Part shown: positions 35,511-55,541 of the stretch, one piece after another
Layout of the letters: every line of letters starts with the position of its first letter
Position numbering within the stretch: the stretch's first letter is position 1
Source of the DNA: the human T2T-CHM13v2.0 reference genome, Homo sapiens
Direction: 5' to 3' (one strand)
DNA: 64,000 nt
NCBI RefSeq assembly: GCF_009914755.1
Contig: NC_060931.1
The notes under the pieces: generated by a model
What the model was told of the DNA's origin: nothing
Databases searched by the model: none
The model's input: only the letters and a program-made list of their open reading frames with translations
Program-made: the position numbers and the translations under genes

Positions 35511-35866
35511 TGTATTAATGTGTTCTCACACTGCTAATAAAGACATACCCAAGCCTGGGTAATTTATAAAGGAAAGGGGTTTAACTGACTCAGTTTCACA
35601 TAGCTGGGGAGGCTTCACAATTATGGCGGAAGACGAAGGAAGAGCAAAGCGACGTCTTACATGGCGGCAGGCAAGAGAGAGCTTGTGGAGGGGAACTCAC
35701 ATTTATAAAACCATCAGAACTTGTGAGACTTATTCACTACCACAAGAACAGTATGAGGGAACCCCCCATCATGATTCAATTACCTCTACCTGGCCCCACC
35801 TTGCCACAAATCGGGGGGTATTATTACAAGGTGAGATGTGGGTGGGGACATAGCCAAACCATATCA
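35511..35866 (-). mobile_element. THE1 (MaLR) solo LTR
   Basis: TG...CA ends, THE1 consensus in reverse, 5-bp TSD accca (35506-35510 / 35867-35871). Confidence 0.92.
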
Positions 35867-37180
35867 ACCCAAGACCTTTCTGATATGATATCTAAGAAGA
35901 AAATTCCTATGGACATGTGATAAACCAAACATGACAATGCCAACTTAGTCTATCAAAGCATGACTTTACTTCATCTGCTTTGTGCTTTTGATGCTTTCCA
36001 TCAAAAAGCTGCATACACCCATGCTGAAGCATGCCTATTCAGTTTCCATACTGAACTATAAAACTTTTGAGGTAATATCTAACCCAAAGATTGTCTCTGT
36101 AAAAGTTATCTCCTACTTACAACTTAAATTAAAAACTTATAACTGAGTCGCTTAAGTAATTGGCCCTATGAAGAGATGGTCTTTCCTTCAATAGCTCTCT
36201 ACAACTTCTACTAATTTTGGTTAGTAGGGGTGGACAAATGAAACTACTAAATATACAGGACAGGCTACTAAGATTCCTTTAAGATCTGCCTCAAAATACT
36301 CTCTTTCAGAACACTTTGAAGTTATCAGTGATATCTATCTATCACATAAAACAACCATGGCTGTACATCTCCAAAAATTTTGGTGGAAGTTTAGAGCAAT
36401 GAATACAGATTCTTCAGAAAATGGCTGTTTTATACAAATATTAGAGAAAGAGAAAAGATGCTAACTCACAGTACAGGCTAAAGCATATTCAAATTATACC
36501 TCTATACCACGTCTACTGTCACCAGGTCATTCGAACTATACTCAATTACTCTCGGATTAGTTAGGTGGGGTGGTAGAGAAGAATAAGGATAATAGTTTCA
36601 CAAATACATATTCTTGAAAGTAGTTTTTTAGCAAACCACACAAATTCTATGCCTTACCAATTTCAAATGGATGTTAAAACACTATAGTTATTACTACAGT
36701 TAAAACACGCTTTTGTTCCAGTAGACAAAATCTTCCGGAAAGAAAAAAACCACCACACACATTACTTTTGGTTACAAATGCCATTTAGTGACCACTTAAA
36801 GAGAGCCTTGGCCAGGCACAGTGACTCATGTCTGTAATCCTAGCACTTTGGGAGTCTGAGGTGAGAGAAGTGCTTGAGCCCAGGGGCTTGAGACCAGCCT
36901 GGGCAACATGGCAAGACCCTGACTCTACAAAAAATACAAAACATTAGCCAGGTATGGTGGTGCATGCCTGTAGTCCCAGCTGTCCAAGAGGCTGAGGTGG
37001 GAAGATCACCTGAACCCAGGCTCAGGTGAGCAAGGCTGCAGTGAGCAGTAATCACACCTCTGCGCTCCACAGCCTGGGTAACAGAGTGAGACCCTGTCTC
37101 AAAAAACTAAATAAATAGACCAGGTGCAGTGGCTCACACCTCTAATCCCAGCACTTTGGGAGGCCAAGGCGGCCAGATCA

Positions 37181-37501
<321 letters not shown>

Positions 37502-39035
37502 TCATAAAGGATTTAAAAAAAAAAAAGAAAGAAAAAAAAAGACTGGAAAGACTGAAGAGCATTAAAGGTGCTGAATATTGTTTATTTTTAACCATGTATA
37601 TGGTGAAAAGTGACAGCAAAAATAAATAAAACTCGCAGATAAAGAAAAATGTGAGTTATCCAACTGAGTATCTGCATGTATGCACTTCTGACAATCAACA
37701 TTTTTAAGAACCTGTGTGTGAAGTGTCTTGATTGTTTATCTTAATAACCATGGTTTATTTCTTCAACTATGGGTATTGGACTACATAAACAAATGTGACA
37801 AGAATCCCAGTCTAGTAGGGGAGGCAAAACACTTATTTTCAAAAAGGTTTATAAAAAGGCAAACACAATGAAGTAAAGTTCTCTAGGCATTCATTGGGGG
37901 CTGAAATCACTTTTGGCTGAAGAGAAGCAGGTAAGCCTTGAAGGAGAAAGCAGAATTTAGGTTGGGCTTTCAAAAGATGAGTTAGTTTCTGCATTTGAAG
38001 AAAGGGTTGGGAAAGGGTAAAAGCAGAGAAGAAAGTAAAGTTGGGCAAAGGCGGCATCCACTCTACCCCAAAATATTTGTGTACTATGAGAAATATTTCA
38101 GCTATTTGGATGCTGATGGGAAAGACTCAGTAAAGGAGTCTAAAGATGCAGACAAGACATAGGATAAACCAAAAGATCAAGGTCCCAGAAATTTCAGAAG
38201 ATTGAGAGATGCAAAGCACCTAGATCTGATAAGAGGAGAAGCAGCTGCATACAACCATGCTGAAGTCTGACCAAATTGGAGGGGAAAGGTGATGGTGTAT
38301 TTATAAAATGACTAGAATGATAGATCTTGGAATCCACATTTGGTAAGGAGAGAAGTAAAAACAAGAAGACCTAATAAAGAAGAAGTAAGGAACAGTCAAT
38401 GAACTGAGGTTTTGATAAAATTCAAGAACTAATGCAGGGACTTCTGTTTAAAATGACTAAACTAACTGATTGAACACAGCTGTCTGCTTTCAGGTCCTTC
38501 CAAAAATCCAATAAAAATCAGAGTAAAGATCTTTTTTAAAAAAGGCAAAAACACATAAAGACAAAGAAAATGGAAACAGGTGACAGATATCAATAGAACT
38601 GTGGAAACTGGAAAGCTAAAGGACAGTGTTAACTGTCTTAGCAGATCCGAAAAGGCTGATATTTGCCTGGGGGTGGGGAGGGAGGATGAGACGAGAATAG
38701 GGAAGGCAAGGGACAAACTATTCATGTTGCAAAACCCAGGAAGACTGGGGAATTGGAAGCACAGGTACATCTGAAGGCAGATGCACAGGCGGAACAAAAA
38801 ATAAAGGAGTGGAGCTGGATGTGGTGGTGTGCACCTGTAATTTCAGCTACTCAGGAGACTGAGGAGAGAGGATTGCCTGAGACCAAGAGTTCGGGTCCAA
38901 CCTGGGCAATATAGCGAGACCCCAACTTTTCTTTTCTTTTTTTTCTTTTTTTAAAAAGGGTGAGGTGGGGTGGGCTGGGCGCAGTCACTCATGCCTGTAA
39001 TCCCAGCACTTTGGGAGGCCAAGGTGGGCAGATCA

Positions 39036-39305
<270 letters not shown>

Positions 39306-40397
39306 TTAAAACAAAAAAAGAAAAAAGTTTAAATAAATAAAAGGGTCAAAATCTGTGTAAGAAGCAGTAGACTCCTAAATTTCCTCTCTGACTCTGAGCA
39401 ACCAGGCTACTACTCTCCCACCATAACAGAAGACTCAAGGTTTACTGTGGAAAGATTGAAGTAGGTGGTCTCTGGACTCTTAGACAACAGACTCAGCTAA
39501 AGACAGGAGTATCATGCTGAAAAACAAGAGATTAAATTAAAACCTACATACTTAGTTGTGAGATCCATCCCCTGGCTTCATTCCCTGAACTGGCTTTAGA
39601 ACACTGGCAGTCTAGCTTATAACCCCCAGGCTGACTAGAGAACTCAAGGTAAAAGCAGCCCAAGAAAAACAGACCAACAGAAAAGCAATGAGAGAAAGGA
39701 TGAAGGTTCCCTTCTCGATGATCCATTAAATGGAAGAGTAACCCAAGAAAACATCATGGAATCCAAGAATCAGTGGATCCAGCACAACAAAGAGGCAAAG
39801 GGAATTCCCTAGGACAGTGTTTATGGAATCCCATGACAGTAATTATCCAACAGACCTAGCGAACCAGGCCAGACTGGAGCAGGGAAATGGAGGGCTCTTG
39901 GGATACATATTTCCTTTAGCCAAAAAAGAAAACAAATCACCAGTCTGAACAATGAGGATATTTACAGTACTGAGATTTGAGGGTGACTTATTGTGGATAC
40001 CCAGAAAACAAAATGTTAAAAAAAAAAGAGGTATTTGATTACCAACAGGAAAAAAAAGGTTCCACAAAATTTTGTTTTAAAAATAAAACTTAAATATTAG
40101 TAAAACTACATAAAGATTTCAAAAAAAACTAGGTGACATTATTTGATATTTTTGAGCCAGCAAACTGGAAAACAGTGGGTTATGATCACAGCAGAATGTC
40201 TGAATCAGTGATTTGGAGGTGTGGTGACTTTTTTTTTTTTTTGTACAATCTTGCTGTTTCCCAGGCTAGAGTGCAGTAGCGAAATCATAGCTCACTCAGT
40301 CTTGAACTCCTGGGCTCAAGGGATCCTCCTGAGTAGCTGGGACTATAGGCAAATGTCACCACACCCAACTAATTTTCCTATTTTTTTGTAGAAATGA

Positions 40398-40637
<240 letters not shown>

Positions 40638-40959
40638 TGAGTAGCAGAGACTACAGGTGCGCACCACCACGCCCAGCTAATTTTTGTATTTTTAGTAGAA
40701 ACGGGTTTTCACCATGTTGGCCAGGCTGGTCTCAAACCCCTGACCTCAAGCGATCCGCCCGCCTCAGCCTCCCAAAGTGTTGGGATTACAGGCGTGAGCC
40801 ACTGCGCGCCCAGCCTGGGTGGTGGCTTTTTAGTAAAGACAAGATCCAGGGTGTGATTGTGTGACCAGGTGGCTAAAGAGAATGAAGAGGTAAAGGAATC
40901 AGAAGGCCAAAGTGTTAGCTGAACTGTCAATCCAGATGCTGAAGTTGCCTAAACGTGAT

Positions 40960-41403
40960 GTGTTACTGCTGGATATTTTCCAGATCCACTTTTCCACCCT
41001 CCTCTATCATGTTTTCTGCTCCAATAGGCTGACCTGTATAGACTTTACCAACAGGTCACTGTGCCCCTGGCTTCCGGTTGGGTTTGGCCAATGGGGAATC
41101 CCAGCAAGAAATTAAGAGAACAGGGTCAGGATATTCATTCCTCCAGCTTCATTCTCTCAAGGTCACCTGAAACTAGCTATGTCCCTTCGGCTGAAAGTCA
41201 CCATTCCTCTCAAGGCAGCCAACTCCATACTTTTCAAGTAACTATTCCCTCTTTTATGGGATGTTAACCGTTCAGCTATAGGTTACCAAACTATTTCTTG
41301 TCACACCACTATACCTAAATCTTTATAATAGTATCTTTATAAAATAAACTCAGATTATCCTGTCAAGTGTGCCATCTGTTCCTGTCTGGACTCTGACTAT
41401 TAA
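40960..41403 (+). mobile_element. LTR33-like ERVL LTR
   Basis: ggctgacctgtatagac...ctggcttccggttgggtttggccaatgggg...gtgtgccatctgttcctg pattern; boundaries approximate. Confidence 0.65.
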
Positions 41404-42088
41404 CTGTGATGGTGAAGATGATGTAAGGTTGTAATAGAGTATTGGAAAGTAAGGAGAGAAAAGTGACTAATATTTAAATAACAATTGCTAACATTTTAAT
41501 CTCTATGTTCCAAGAACTTTTCTAAGCTCTTCGTAGAATATTAACTCATTTAATCACAACTACCTTCTGTGGTAAGCAGAGATTTTTGTCTGGTTCATTT
41601 CCAAATCCAAACACCCAGCATAGTTGCTGGCACATGGTAAGCACTCAAATATTGATTTAAAATACACACAACAAGCAGGTTTAATTAGAAAGAGATTACT
41701 TTTTTAGTATAGTGTAGCACTTCTCCTAATTACACTTTAGAAAACTATACAAAGATCAGGGAATTGTTGACTCTCCAGAGATCACAGAAACACTAAATGA
41801 GACCATATGTGAATGATTTTCTTGTGTAGCCTACAGTGAGTCGTATTCCTTTATTTTCTGAAGAGGACTTGGGTGCCAGTTTTTTAGGTTTAATATTCAA
41901 AGTCAAAGTTGCAGCGGGGGGCGATGGCTCACATCTATAATCCCAGCACTTTGGGAGGCCGAGGCGGGCGGATCACCTGAGGTCGGAGTTAGAGACCAGC
42001 CTGGCCAACATGGCGAAACCCCGTTTCTACTAAAAAATACAAAAATTAGCTGGGTGTGGTGGCGTGTGCCTGTAATCCCAGCTACTCA

Positions 42089-42423
<335 letters not shown>

Positions 42424-43466
42424 TCAAAGTTGCAAATTTTTAAATATTATGCACTTGCAGCCTAGGAGCTGATTTAATAAGGCAGAGCACCTTTAAGTAT
42501 CAGTTATGAGTTAAAATAAAGGGAAGGGGGCCAAAAAAAATATGGTTGTGAGTATAAAATGCAAAAATAAAGGTAAAGGTGAGTATTTTGTCAGCCTGTA
42601 AAAAAAGCCTCTTTAGTTTTCAAAGTACTTAATTTTTAAAGTACATCCTACATTAGAACCTAAGTCAGCCAGATAACCAAGAATACACATTTACACAGAA
42701 ATGAAGCACAGCAAAGGTGTGAAAATTAGGGCAGGAAGCATAAAACATGAATCAAAGAATGCAGAAATACAACAGATATAAGCTACAATTAAATATCTCA
42801 CCGGATGCACATACAGTTTTATATGGAATAATCAAAGCAGCAGTGATACCCATCTTATAAATAAAAATCTAAAAGCCAGAGAAATAACAAGGTTAGAGGA
42901 TTAATATGAAACAAAATGAGAACTCCAAAGATTTTCTGAAAGCAGAATTACTGTTTTTTCTTCATATTATGTTGCCACTCCAAAGCAAGGGGAAAACTCG
43001 CATGAGTAAGAATCTAGAAACCTGAGAAGTTTCGAGAAGAACAGACTCAAACTGGAGTGAAAATAGGCAAAAAGAGTGAGGCATAAGGCTACGACTGGGA
43101 GCAAAATGCCAGATGCAAGTCTTGGACACGGAGGGGAGACGAATAAAGCCTTCTTAAGCGGAAGGTGGAGAAACACTGGGGTTGGATTTGGTGGGAGGAA
43201 GACAAAACGGAAAAGCACGGCCCAAGAAGCAACGGCAAAGGGAGAACTTAAACAAGATTAGATTGATGCCACAATCGAAGAGTATAAGACCTACAAATCA
43301 GATTCTGCCGGGTGGGGAAAGGGCCAGTTCGCGACCGATCAGGTGCGACTAGTTTCCCAAAAGCGGCAAAGATGTAGCTTCGCAGCCCCACCCCACGACA
43401 GCAGCTCCTCCCCAAGGAGGACCTCACGAGGTCAACTGCCGGGCTCAGGTTCTCCCCCGGAGCCTA

Positions 43467-43775
<309 letters not shown>

Positions 43776-44769
43776 TTACCAGGGCAGAAGGTTCTCCGTG
43801 GAAGTTGCCCCCTCGGAAACAGCTATTAGGTCGTATTCAGGTTCCTGGCCTTTTTTCCGGTTTTTCCACTTGATTCTAGACTCTTGAGTCCACAGATTCT
43901 GGCGCTCCCGTCTTCAGTCGCTGACTTGCCCTCAGAAGCCTATCTTGGGAGGCCACACACCAGTGTACCTAAGGTTCGTTTACCCGGACCGGAAGCGACA
44001 GCACCGATACCTTTGGCACACTTCCGCCTGGTACACTACAAACGGCCTCCTTCCCGGCACGCCTCCTCTTGTCTCCCCGCCCCCTCCCGGAAGTGACCCT
44101 GCCGGGCCAGGAGCCGGGAAGAAGAGCCGGTGTTCTCTCTGTTCCTCGCTAGCAGCTTGGGACATTAGCGCCGAGATGTGCCCCATATCTGAGCTGCCTT
44201 CAGCTCCTTGGAAACGGATCCAGGTTTTTCCTACCCCTTCCGACTGCCCCATCCCTCTCCAGAGAATCCTTTTCTGCCCTGGTGATCAAGGCGCGTCAAT
44301 TCAACTCTCCCTAGAGTGGCCACAGTACTGGAGATCCAAAGATGACTTAAGACATGGTACCTACGCTGGCTCTAGTGGAGGAGACAGACACGTAGTCAAC
44401 TGAACTATTTTACAAACCTGAAATATGTGCCACATTGAGATAAATCCAAAATGCCTAGAATCTTTGTTCAGCTCCCCTTTACTTAGTTCTTAAGCCCAAA
44501 AGAGGTCTTCATTCTGCTTACAGCTCCTGGTGCTCTAACTCCAGAGCATTTTGCATACATCTTTAGGGTTATTCTCACATTGAACTGTATTTTTGTGAAT
44601 GCCTTTCTGTCCGAATCCAATACCAGTGGTCTAACAATTCACAAAAGAAAACAGAAATATTGGAAACTGTACTATGGAGAAATTAGGGACAAAAGGTAAC
44701 AGTATATTGATATTAACATTGCTGCTAGTCCTTTGCACTAGTAAATAACTGCTATTTGATAAATGATCA

Positions 44770-46200
<1,431 letters not shown>

Positions 46201-46555
46201 AAATCACACAATCCCTATCATCTTGTGCATTCGTTTGCTTCTGAATTGTTAGTCAAGGAATTTTTAACTGCCAACAACATGATGAAAACAATGTTACTGC
46301 ACAGAGTTGATACAATTTTAGACAGAAAAAAGAAACTTGATATTTTGGTTACCTAATCCATTCATTCATTAAAAAAAAATTTAGTGCTGGGCTTGGTGGC
46401 TCACAACTGTGTAATCCCGGCATTTTGGGAGGCCGAGGCAAGAGGATTACCTTTGAGGCCAGGAGTTCAAGACCATCCTGGGTAATGAAATGAGACTCCA
46501 TCTCTACAAAAAAAAATGCAAAAAAATTAGCAGGGCATGGTGGTGGGTGCTTCTA

Positions 46556-48015
<1,460 letters not shown>

Positions 48016-49439
48016 AAGTTCTATGGTTAGGAATTATTAAAACACCACATGGATATTTAGCTAACAGTTGGAGAAAAAAGAAAAAAAAATAGAGGTGATA
48101 CCTAACCCAGAGTAGAGAGATTGGTAACACCATCTGGAGAAATTATGTCTAAACTGAGACCAGACTGATAGATAAATAGGAAGCAATTAGGCAAAGGGTT
48201 TAGTATTGTAGGCAGAGGCAACAGTATGAAAGCCTGGAGGCAAGGGAAAAAATTACCTTCTGAAGACTGAAAGTAGCTGAAGGATAGAGTTGACATTGGG
48301 TAGGAGTAAGAAATGAAGCTAAACAGTGTTTAACCCATCTTTGTGACCTCATGCCATTACCTGATACATAGTGGGTGCTTAGCAAATGTCTTAAGTGACA
48401 TGTTTCTTTGTTCCTTAGTCTTAAAAAAAAAAAAAGTCTAGTTTGACATGAAATGGCTTGGGCAGGGAAGGTGGCTAGAACAGAAATAAGAAATGATTGT
48501 AATAATCGTGGTGAGGAGTGATGGTAGCCTGGAGTAAAGTGTTGGCGGTGGGCATGGAGATAGAGAGGTATTTAGGAACTTCAGAGGAAGAATCTTGATA
48601 TGGTGATTACTTAAGCTGCAAGGTGTGACAAGAGGGAAGAAAACCCAGGCTTTTGAGATATGGAACCTAAAGGAAGAAATGGCTTTTATGGAAACAGAAA
48701 GGGATATGAGGATGAAGATAAGTTTAATCTTAGCCATGTTGAATATTGAGGCACTTAACAGACAGCCAAGACCAGCAGGCTGTAGCATGTGTGGGACTGA
48801 AGCCCAGGGGGTGGGTTGAAAATCCAGATTTGCGAGTTGTCAGTTTCTAGTTGGTGGCTAAAGACAAAGGAGTGATTGAGACGCGCATCTTTAAGCACCA
48901 AATAAATGCACCAGAGATGTCGAATATTGTTAGAAAATACATTTGAAATAAAATATTAGAAATATATAAAATATTTAAAATATCAAAACCCCATAACTTT
49001 TGTCATTAGGCACAATGGTAACCCTAGGAAAACTGGACTCTAATGCAAAGTTTCATGAGACCAAACCCACCCCCAACAAAAAGAGCCCTGACTCCTTCCT
49101 TCTGCAAGCAAGCTAAATATGGATTCTCTGAAGGAAAGAAGGAAAGAGATAATGAGTGTTTCTTTTACTGACTTGGGGTGAGATTATCCAAAGATTGAGG
49201 GCTGTACCTCAAGCACTCCAGTTCTCTACAGGCAATGCCATGAAGCCTTCCATAAAAGCTTTGATCTGGCCAGGCGAGGTGGCTCACACCTGTAATCCCA
49301 ACACTTTGGGAGGCTGAGGTGAGTGGATCACCTGAGGTCCGGAGTTTGAGACCAGCCTGGCCAACATGGCGAAATCCCGTCTCTACTAAAAATGCAAAAA
49401 TTAGCCAGGCGTGGTGGCATGTGCCCATAATCCCAGCTA

Positions 49440-49661
<222 letters not shown>

Positions 49662-49909
49662 TTAATTCTCTTGTAGCCTCTTGACACCCACCCCACCCCA
49701 CATCATCCTCCAACCTCAGGGTAAAGTGAGCCACTGCACTTTGGGGAGAAGTTGCAAAGGCAGTGTGTCAGAGGCCAGTGGTTTTACTCTAATACCCATT
49801 GTTTTCTTTCCTAGAGTTCTTTGAAGAAATATTCTTTTTTTCTCAAGCTAATTCAAATTAAGTTTCTGTCACTTCCACCAAGAATTCTGAAGTCCAACTT
49901 CATCAAAAT

Positions 49910-50222
49910 CTTAGCTCGACTTACCATAACAAAATACCAGCTTGAAGAAGGGAAATTTATTTTCTTACAGTTTTGGACGCTGGAAGTTCGAGATCAGGGT
50001 ACCAGCCTGATCAGGTTCTGGAGAGGGCCCTCTTCCTGGCTTGCAGATCACCACTTTCTTGCTCCTCTTCTTGTAAGGCCACAGTCCTCTTGGATTAGGG
50101 CTCTACCTTATACCTCATGTGACCTTAATTACCTCCTAAAGACACTATGTCTGGATACAGTCACATTGGGGGCTAGGGTGTCAACATATGAATTTTGGGG
50201 GGACACAACTCAGTCCATAACA
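49910..50222 (-). mobile_element. MLT1A/B-like MaLR LTR
   Basis: ccataacaaaatacca..atttatt..cagtt..ggaagt..gagatca..tcaacatatgaattttggggggacacaa..cagtccataaca. Confidence 0.75.
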
Positions 50223-50399
50223 TCTGTCATTATGCCCACTGGCCTTGGAGAGTTAGTAGAAGGCCCTCATCCTTGCCCGAAAGAATACGATAACATCAGA
50301 CTTCTTTGGTACACAGATTATAGTAAAAGTTCAGGCAAAGCCATGCTGACTGCACTAGGGACAGGGATATGTTATGCTTCACTGAAAGACAATACCTTG

Positions 50400-50523
50400 A
50401 TTCTTTTGTAGCTGATAAGCATGATGACTGGAGTTTCACGTGCATGTGTGAGATATACCTCCCTCCAACCTTGTTACCACATCTGCACATTACCTGCCTG
50501 ATGTGAACAAAAGAAAAGAAAGA
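50400..50523 (+). pseudogene. Retroposed U13 (SNORD13-like) C/D snoRNA copy
   Basis: attcttttgtag..atgatga (C box)..gtgtgagat..aaccttgttac..gcacattacc..ctga (D box) follows U13; A-rich tail; degenerate TSD aaagacaatacctt / aaagaccatgcctt. Confidence 0.85.
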
Positions 50524-51444
50524 TTTTTTTTTTTAAAGACCATGCCTTTGAATTGGATTTCACAGCTCCCTGCTAGGAAAACAAGCAGTCACAATTTTCT
50601 CTGGTAGTAACGGGACACTTACAGGATAAAAAGATGTATGCATAAGAATGTTCATCCTAGTGTGGTTTCCCCTAATGAAAAAGTAGAAATATCCTCAATG
50701 TCCATCAATAGGCATCTTGATGTCCATCAAGAACTTTAGGATATATGCATGCTTTGGATACTAGACAGCCACTGAAAATCAAGCAGAAATGACTCTCATT
50801 AATTTTGTTACATATGGTAATGATATTGGGGCTATATAGGAAAATGTCCTTACTTATTTAGAGGTACAGACAGTCCCCGACATGATTTTTTGACTTTATA
50901 GTGGTGCAAAACAGCTACTTGTGGGGGCTGAGGCAGAAGAATCACTTAAGCCAGGGAGGTTGAGACTACAGTGAGCCGAGATCACACCACTGCACTTCAG
51001 CCTGGGTGACAGAGTGAGACCCCGTCTCTAAAAAAAAGAAAGAAAGAAAGGAAAAGAAAAACAAAAATCATAAATTGAAAATGCACTTTTTATGTGTGAG
51101 ATAGGGTCTCACTCTGTCACACAGGCTGGAGTAAAGGAGCGCAATCTCAGCTCACTTCAGCCTCGACCTCCCACGCTCAAGTGATTCTCCTGCCTCAGCC
51201 CCTCAAGTGGCGGGGACCACAGGCATGCACCACCACACCCAGCTAATTTCTTTTTACTTTTGGTAGAGAGGTTTCACCATGTCGCCCAGGCTGGTCTCAA
51301 ACTCCTGAGCTCAAGCAATCCACCCGCTTTGGCCTCCCAACATGCTGGGATTACAGGTGTGAGCCACTGTACCCGGTCTGCACTTTTGACTTACAATAAC
51401 TTCAATGTACTATGGTTTTGCATATACTAAAATACTTAGGCACA

Positions 51445-52805
<1,361 letters not shown>

Positions 52806-53113
52806 GAACAGGTAAGCTGTTCATCATGTCTATAATTGAGTTTAACATATAAAAACCAAAAAAAAGGTAAAGCAAATATGGCAAAATAATAATGTTATAG
52901 GGAATAAATAAATGTGTTTACCATTCTCTCTACTTTTCTATATGTTTGAAGTTTTCCATATTAAAAAAAATTGCTTGATGACTCATGACAGAAAAAAGTA
53001 AAAGCTGGAAACAAAATTGTATCAGTTTTTGTTTATTGACACAAAAAGATATCTCAGAAATATTATTGGAAAAGAAACAGGTTATGAATCAGCCTGTTAA
53101 AAATGCTTGTTGA

Positions 53114-53626
<513 letters not shown>

Positions 53627-53638
53627 TAAGTTCCCTGA

Positions 53639-54412
53639 TGAGAAAAGAAAATAGCTTTAATCTGAGGAATGAGAATTCTTTTAAATTATCAGGCGCAGAG
53701 AGGCATGAAAATGAAACAATCACGCCCTACTTCCCCATTTTGAACTATGTATTCGTCTCTTGAACTCCTTGCTATTGCCACAAGTAGCTAAAAATTAACT
53801 AAAATTAACCTAATAATGCCATACCAGACACCATAACCCACATTCTGTAGCTTAACAGTGTATGGCACTCAATAGTCAATGTTATTTCTATAAACCAATT
53901 AGAATTTTTGACAGATAACTTTGTATCGGCCTACTAGGTTTCCCCCTTTTTTGACTTTAAAAACCTGCTATAGTAAAGGCCAAATGGAGCTCATATCCAA
54001 GGGTACTTGGGTCTGAGACTTCTGGGCAGCTCTTCTCACTTTGTCTCAAATAAATTCTTTCTGACAGGGTCTTTCTCTGTCACCCAGGCTAGAGTGCAGC
54101 AGCGCAATCATGGCTCACTGCAGCCTCCAACTCCTGGACTCAAGTAATACTCCTGCTGAGTAGCTCCTAGCAAGTAGCTGGGACTACAGTTGTGCACCAC
54201 CATGCCCAGCTACTTTTTAAATTTTTTGTTGTTGTTGTTGAGATGCAGTCTTGTTTTGTTGCCAGGGTTGGTCTTGAATTCCTTGCCTCAAGCGATCCTC
54301 CCACTTCAGCCTCCCAAAGTGCTGGGATTACAGGCGTGAGCCACTTTGCCTGGCCTCTAGTAAACTCTTCAAATTGTATTTTGTGTCTCTGCCTCTTTCA
54401 TTTAGGTCAACA
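53639..54412 (+). mobile_element. ERV solo LTR (LTR47/MER72-like) inside an L2 3' end, interrupted by an Alu
   Basis: tgagaaaagaaaatag...AATAAA...aggtcaaca termini; L2 motifs on both flanks; family call tentative. Confidence 0.6.
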
Positions 54413-54863
54413 ATGCAAACAGAAACTCTGTGTTGGTCACTGCCATATCCCCAGTGCTTTGAACAGTGGCTGGCATATGGTAGACAGAAAATAAATAGTT
54501 GTTGAATGCGTTAATAAGGTTCACATCATTTGAATCTTTTTTTTTATAGACAGGTTCTTGCTCTGTTGCCCAGGCTGGAGTGCAGTGGTGGGATCATAGC
54601 TCTCACAGCCTCAAACTTCTGGATTCAAGTGATCCTCCCACCTCAGCCTCCCAAGTAGCTGGAACTACAGGCCTGTGCCATTATGCTAATTTTTAAAATT
54701 TTTTGTAGAGATAAGATCTCGCTATGTTGCCCAGGCTAGTCTCAAACTCCTGGCCTCAAGTGATCCTCCTGCCTCAACCTCCCAAAATTCCAGGATTACA
54801 GGCGTGAGCCATCACGCCCAGCCTGAATTTTTTCTTTATAGTGATTGTTTACATTTATTATAG

Positions 54864-55541
54864 TTTTTAAAAATTAATTTTTTTTAATTCCAGCACCCAT
54901 TTCAGAAGGGTCCCTGTACATCCCTGTCATCACATACACAATAACTGGCCAATAGTAATGATCATGTGAAGTAACTTTTGGGCTTCATTGATGAGAACTT
55001 GGTCTTTTGGGGTGCCACCAACTTCAATTATCTTGGCGCCAGCTAAGAGTTGCATTATAAGGCCAGACATGACAATGGGAGAGATCCCCAGCTCCAGCTC
55101 CATCAATGTGCCTCTGTTAGAGGCTAGAATCACTCTCATCCAATAGAAAGGGTCAACTGAATCTGAAGACATGATACCAAATAGAGGAATCTGGCAGCAC
55201 ACTAAGAAGATAAAGAGGGCAATAGTGGTCCACAGCACTTTCTCCTTAAACTGAATCCTCCTCTCCAGCTTCTAAATTTCCAGCAGGATGACACAGAAGG
55301 GCTTGATGACTTGCAGAAATTTGATCACCATGGCGGCGGCTGCTCAGGCTCTGGGTCCCGCCTCGGCTCAGCTCTGCTCCGTGTGAGGCAACGCTGCCCG
55401 CAGCCCAGCCTGTTCCACTGCACAGCTAAAGAGAGAGTCTGGCTATGTTGCCCAGGCTAGCCTTGAATGCCTGAGCTCAAGCGATCCTCCTGCCTCAGCC
55501 TCTTAAGTAGCTGGGACTACAGGCACAGGCCGCCACACCCA
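54864..55541 (-). mobile_element. Monomeric Alu (FLAM-like) whose A-tail is split by the SEC61A1 retrocopy
   Basis: Body ~55428-55541, tail remnant ~54864-54885; flanking repeats gtgattgtttacatt (54841-54855) / gtgattacttacatt (55542-55556). Confidence 0.65.
54886..55426 (-). pseudogene. 3'-truncated processed pseudogene of SEC61A1 (5' UTR plus about codons 1-147)
   Basis: GCCGCCGCCATG at 55331; [34 protein letters not shown]...[28 protein letters not shown]...GDPSEMGAGI; intronless; stop at codon 20 (55272-55274), 6-nt duplication, frameshift; the FCVIL motif and UTR favour SEC61A1 over SEC61A2. Confidence 0.92.

Noticed and set aside
43945-44403. 152-aa plus-strand ORF and overlapping ORFs in the promoter
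   Set aside because: Non-ATG start; GC-rich island sequence is stop-poor by composition; no homology recognised.
49821-50411. Longest ORF in the track (196 aa)
   Set aside because: Starts at TTG, runs through an MLT1 LTR and ends in the U13 copy; no recognisable protein.
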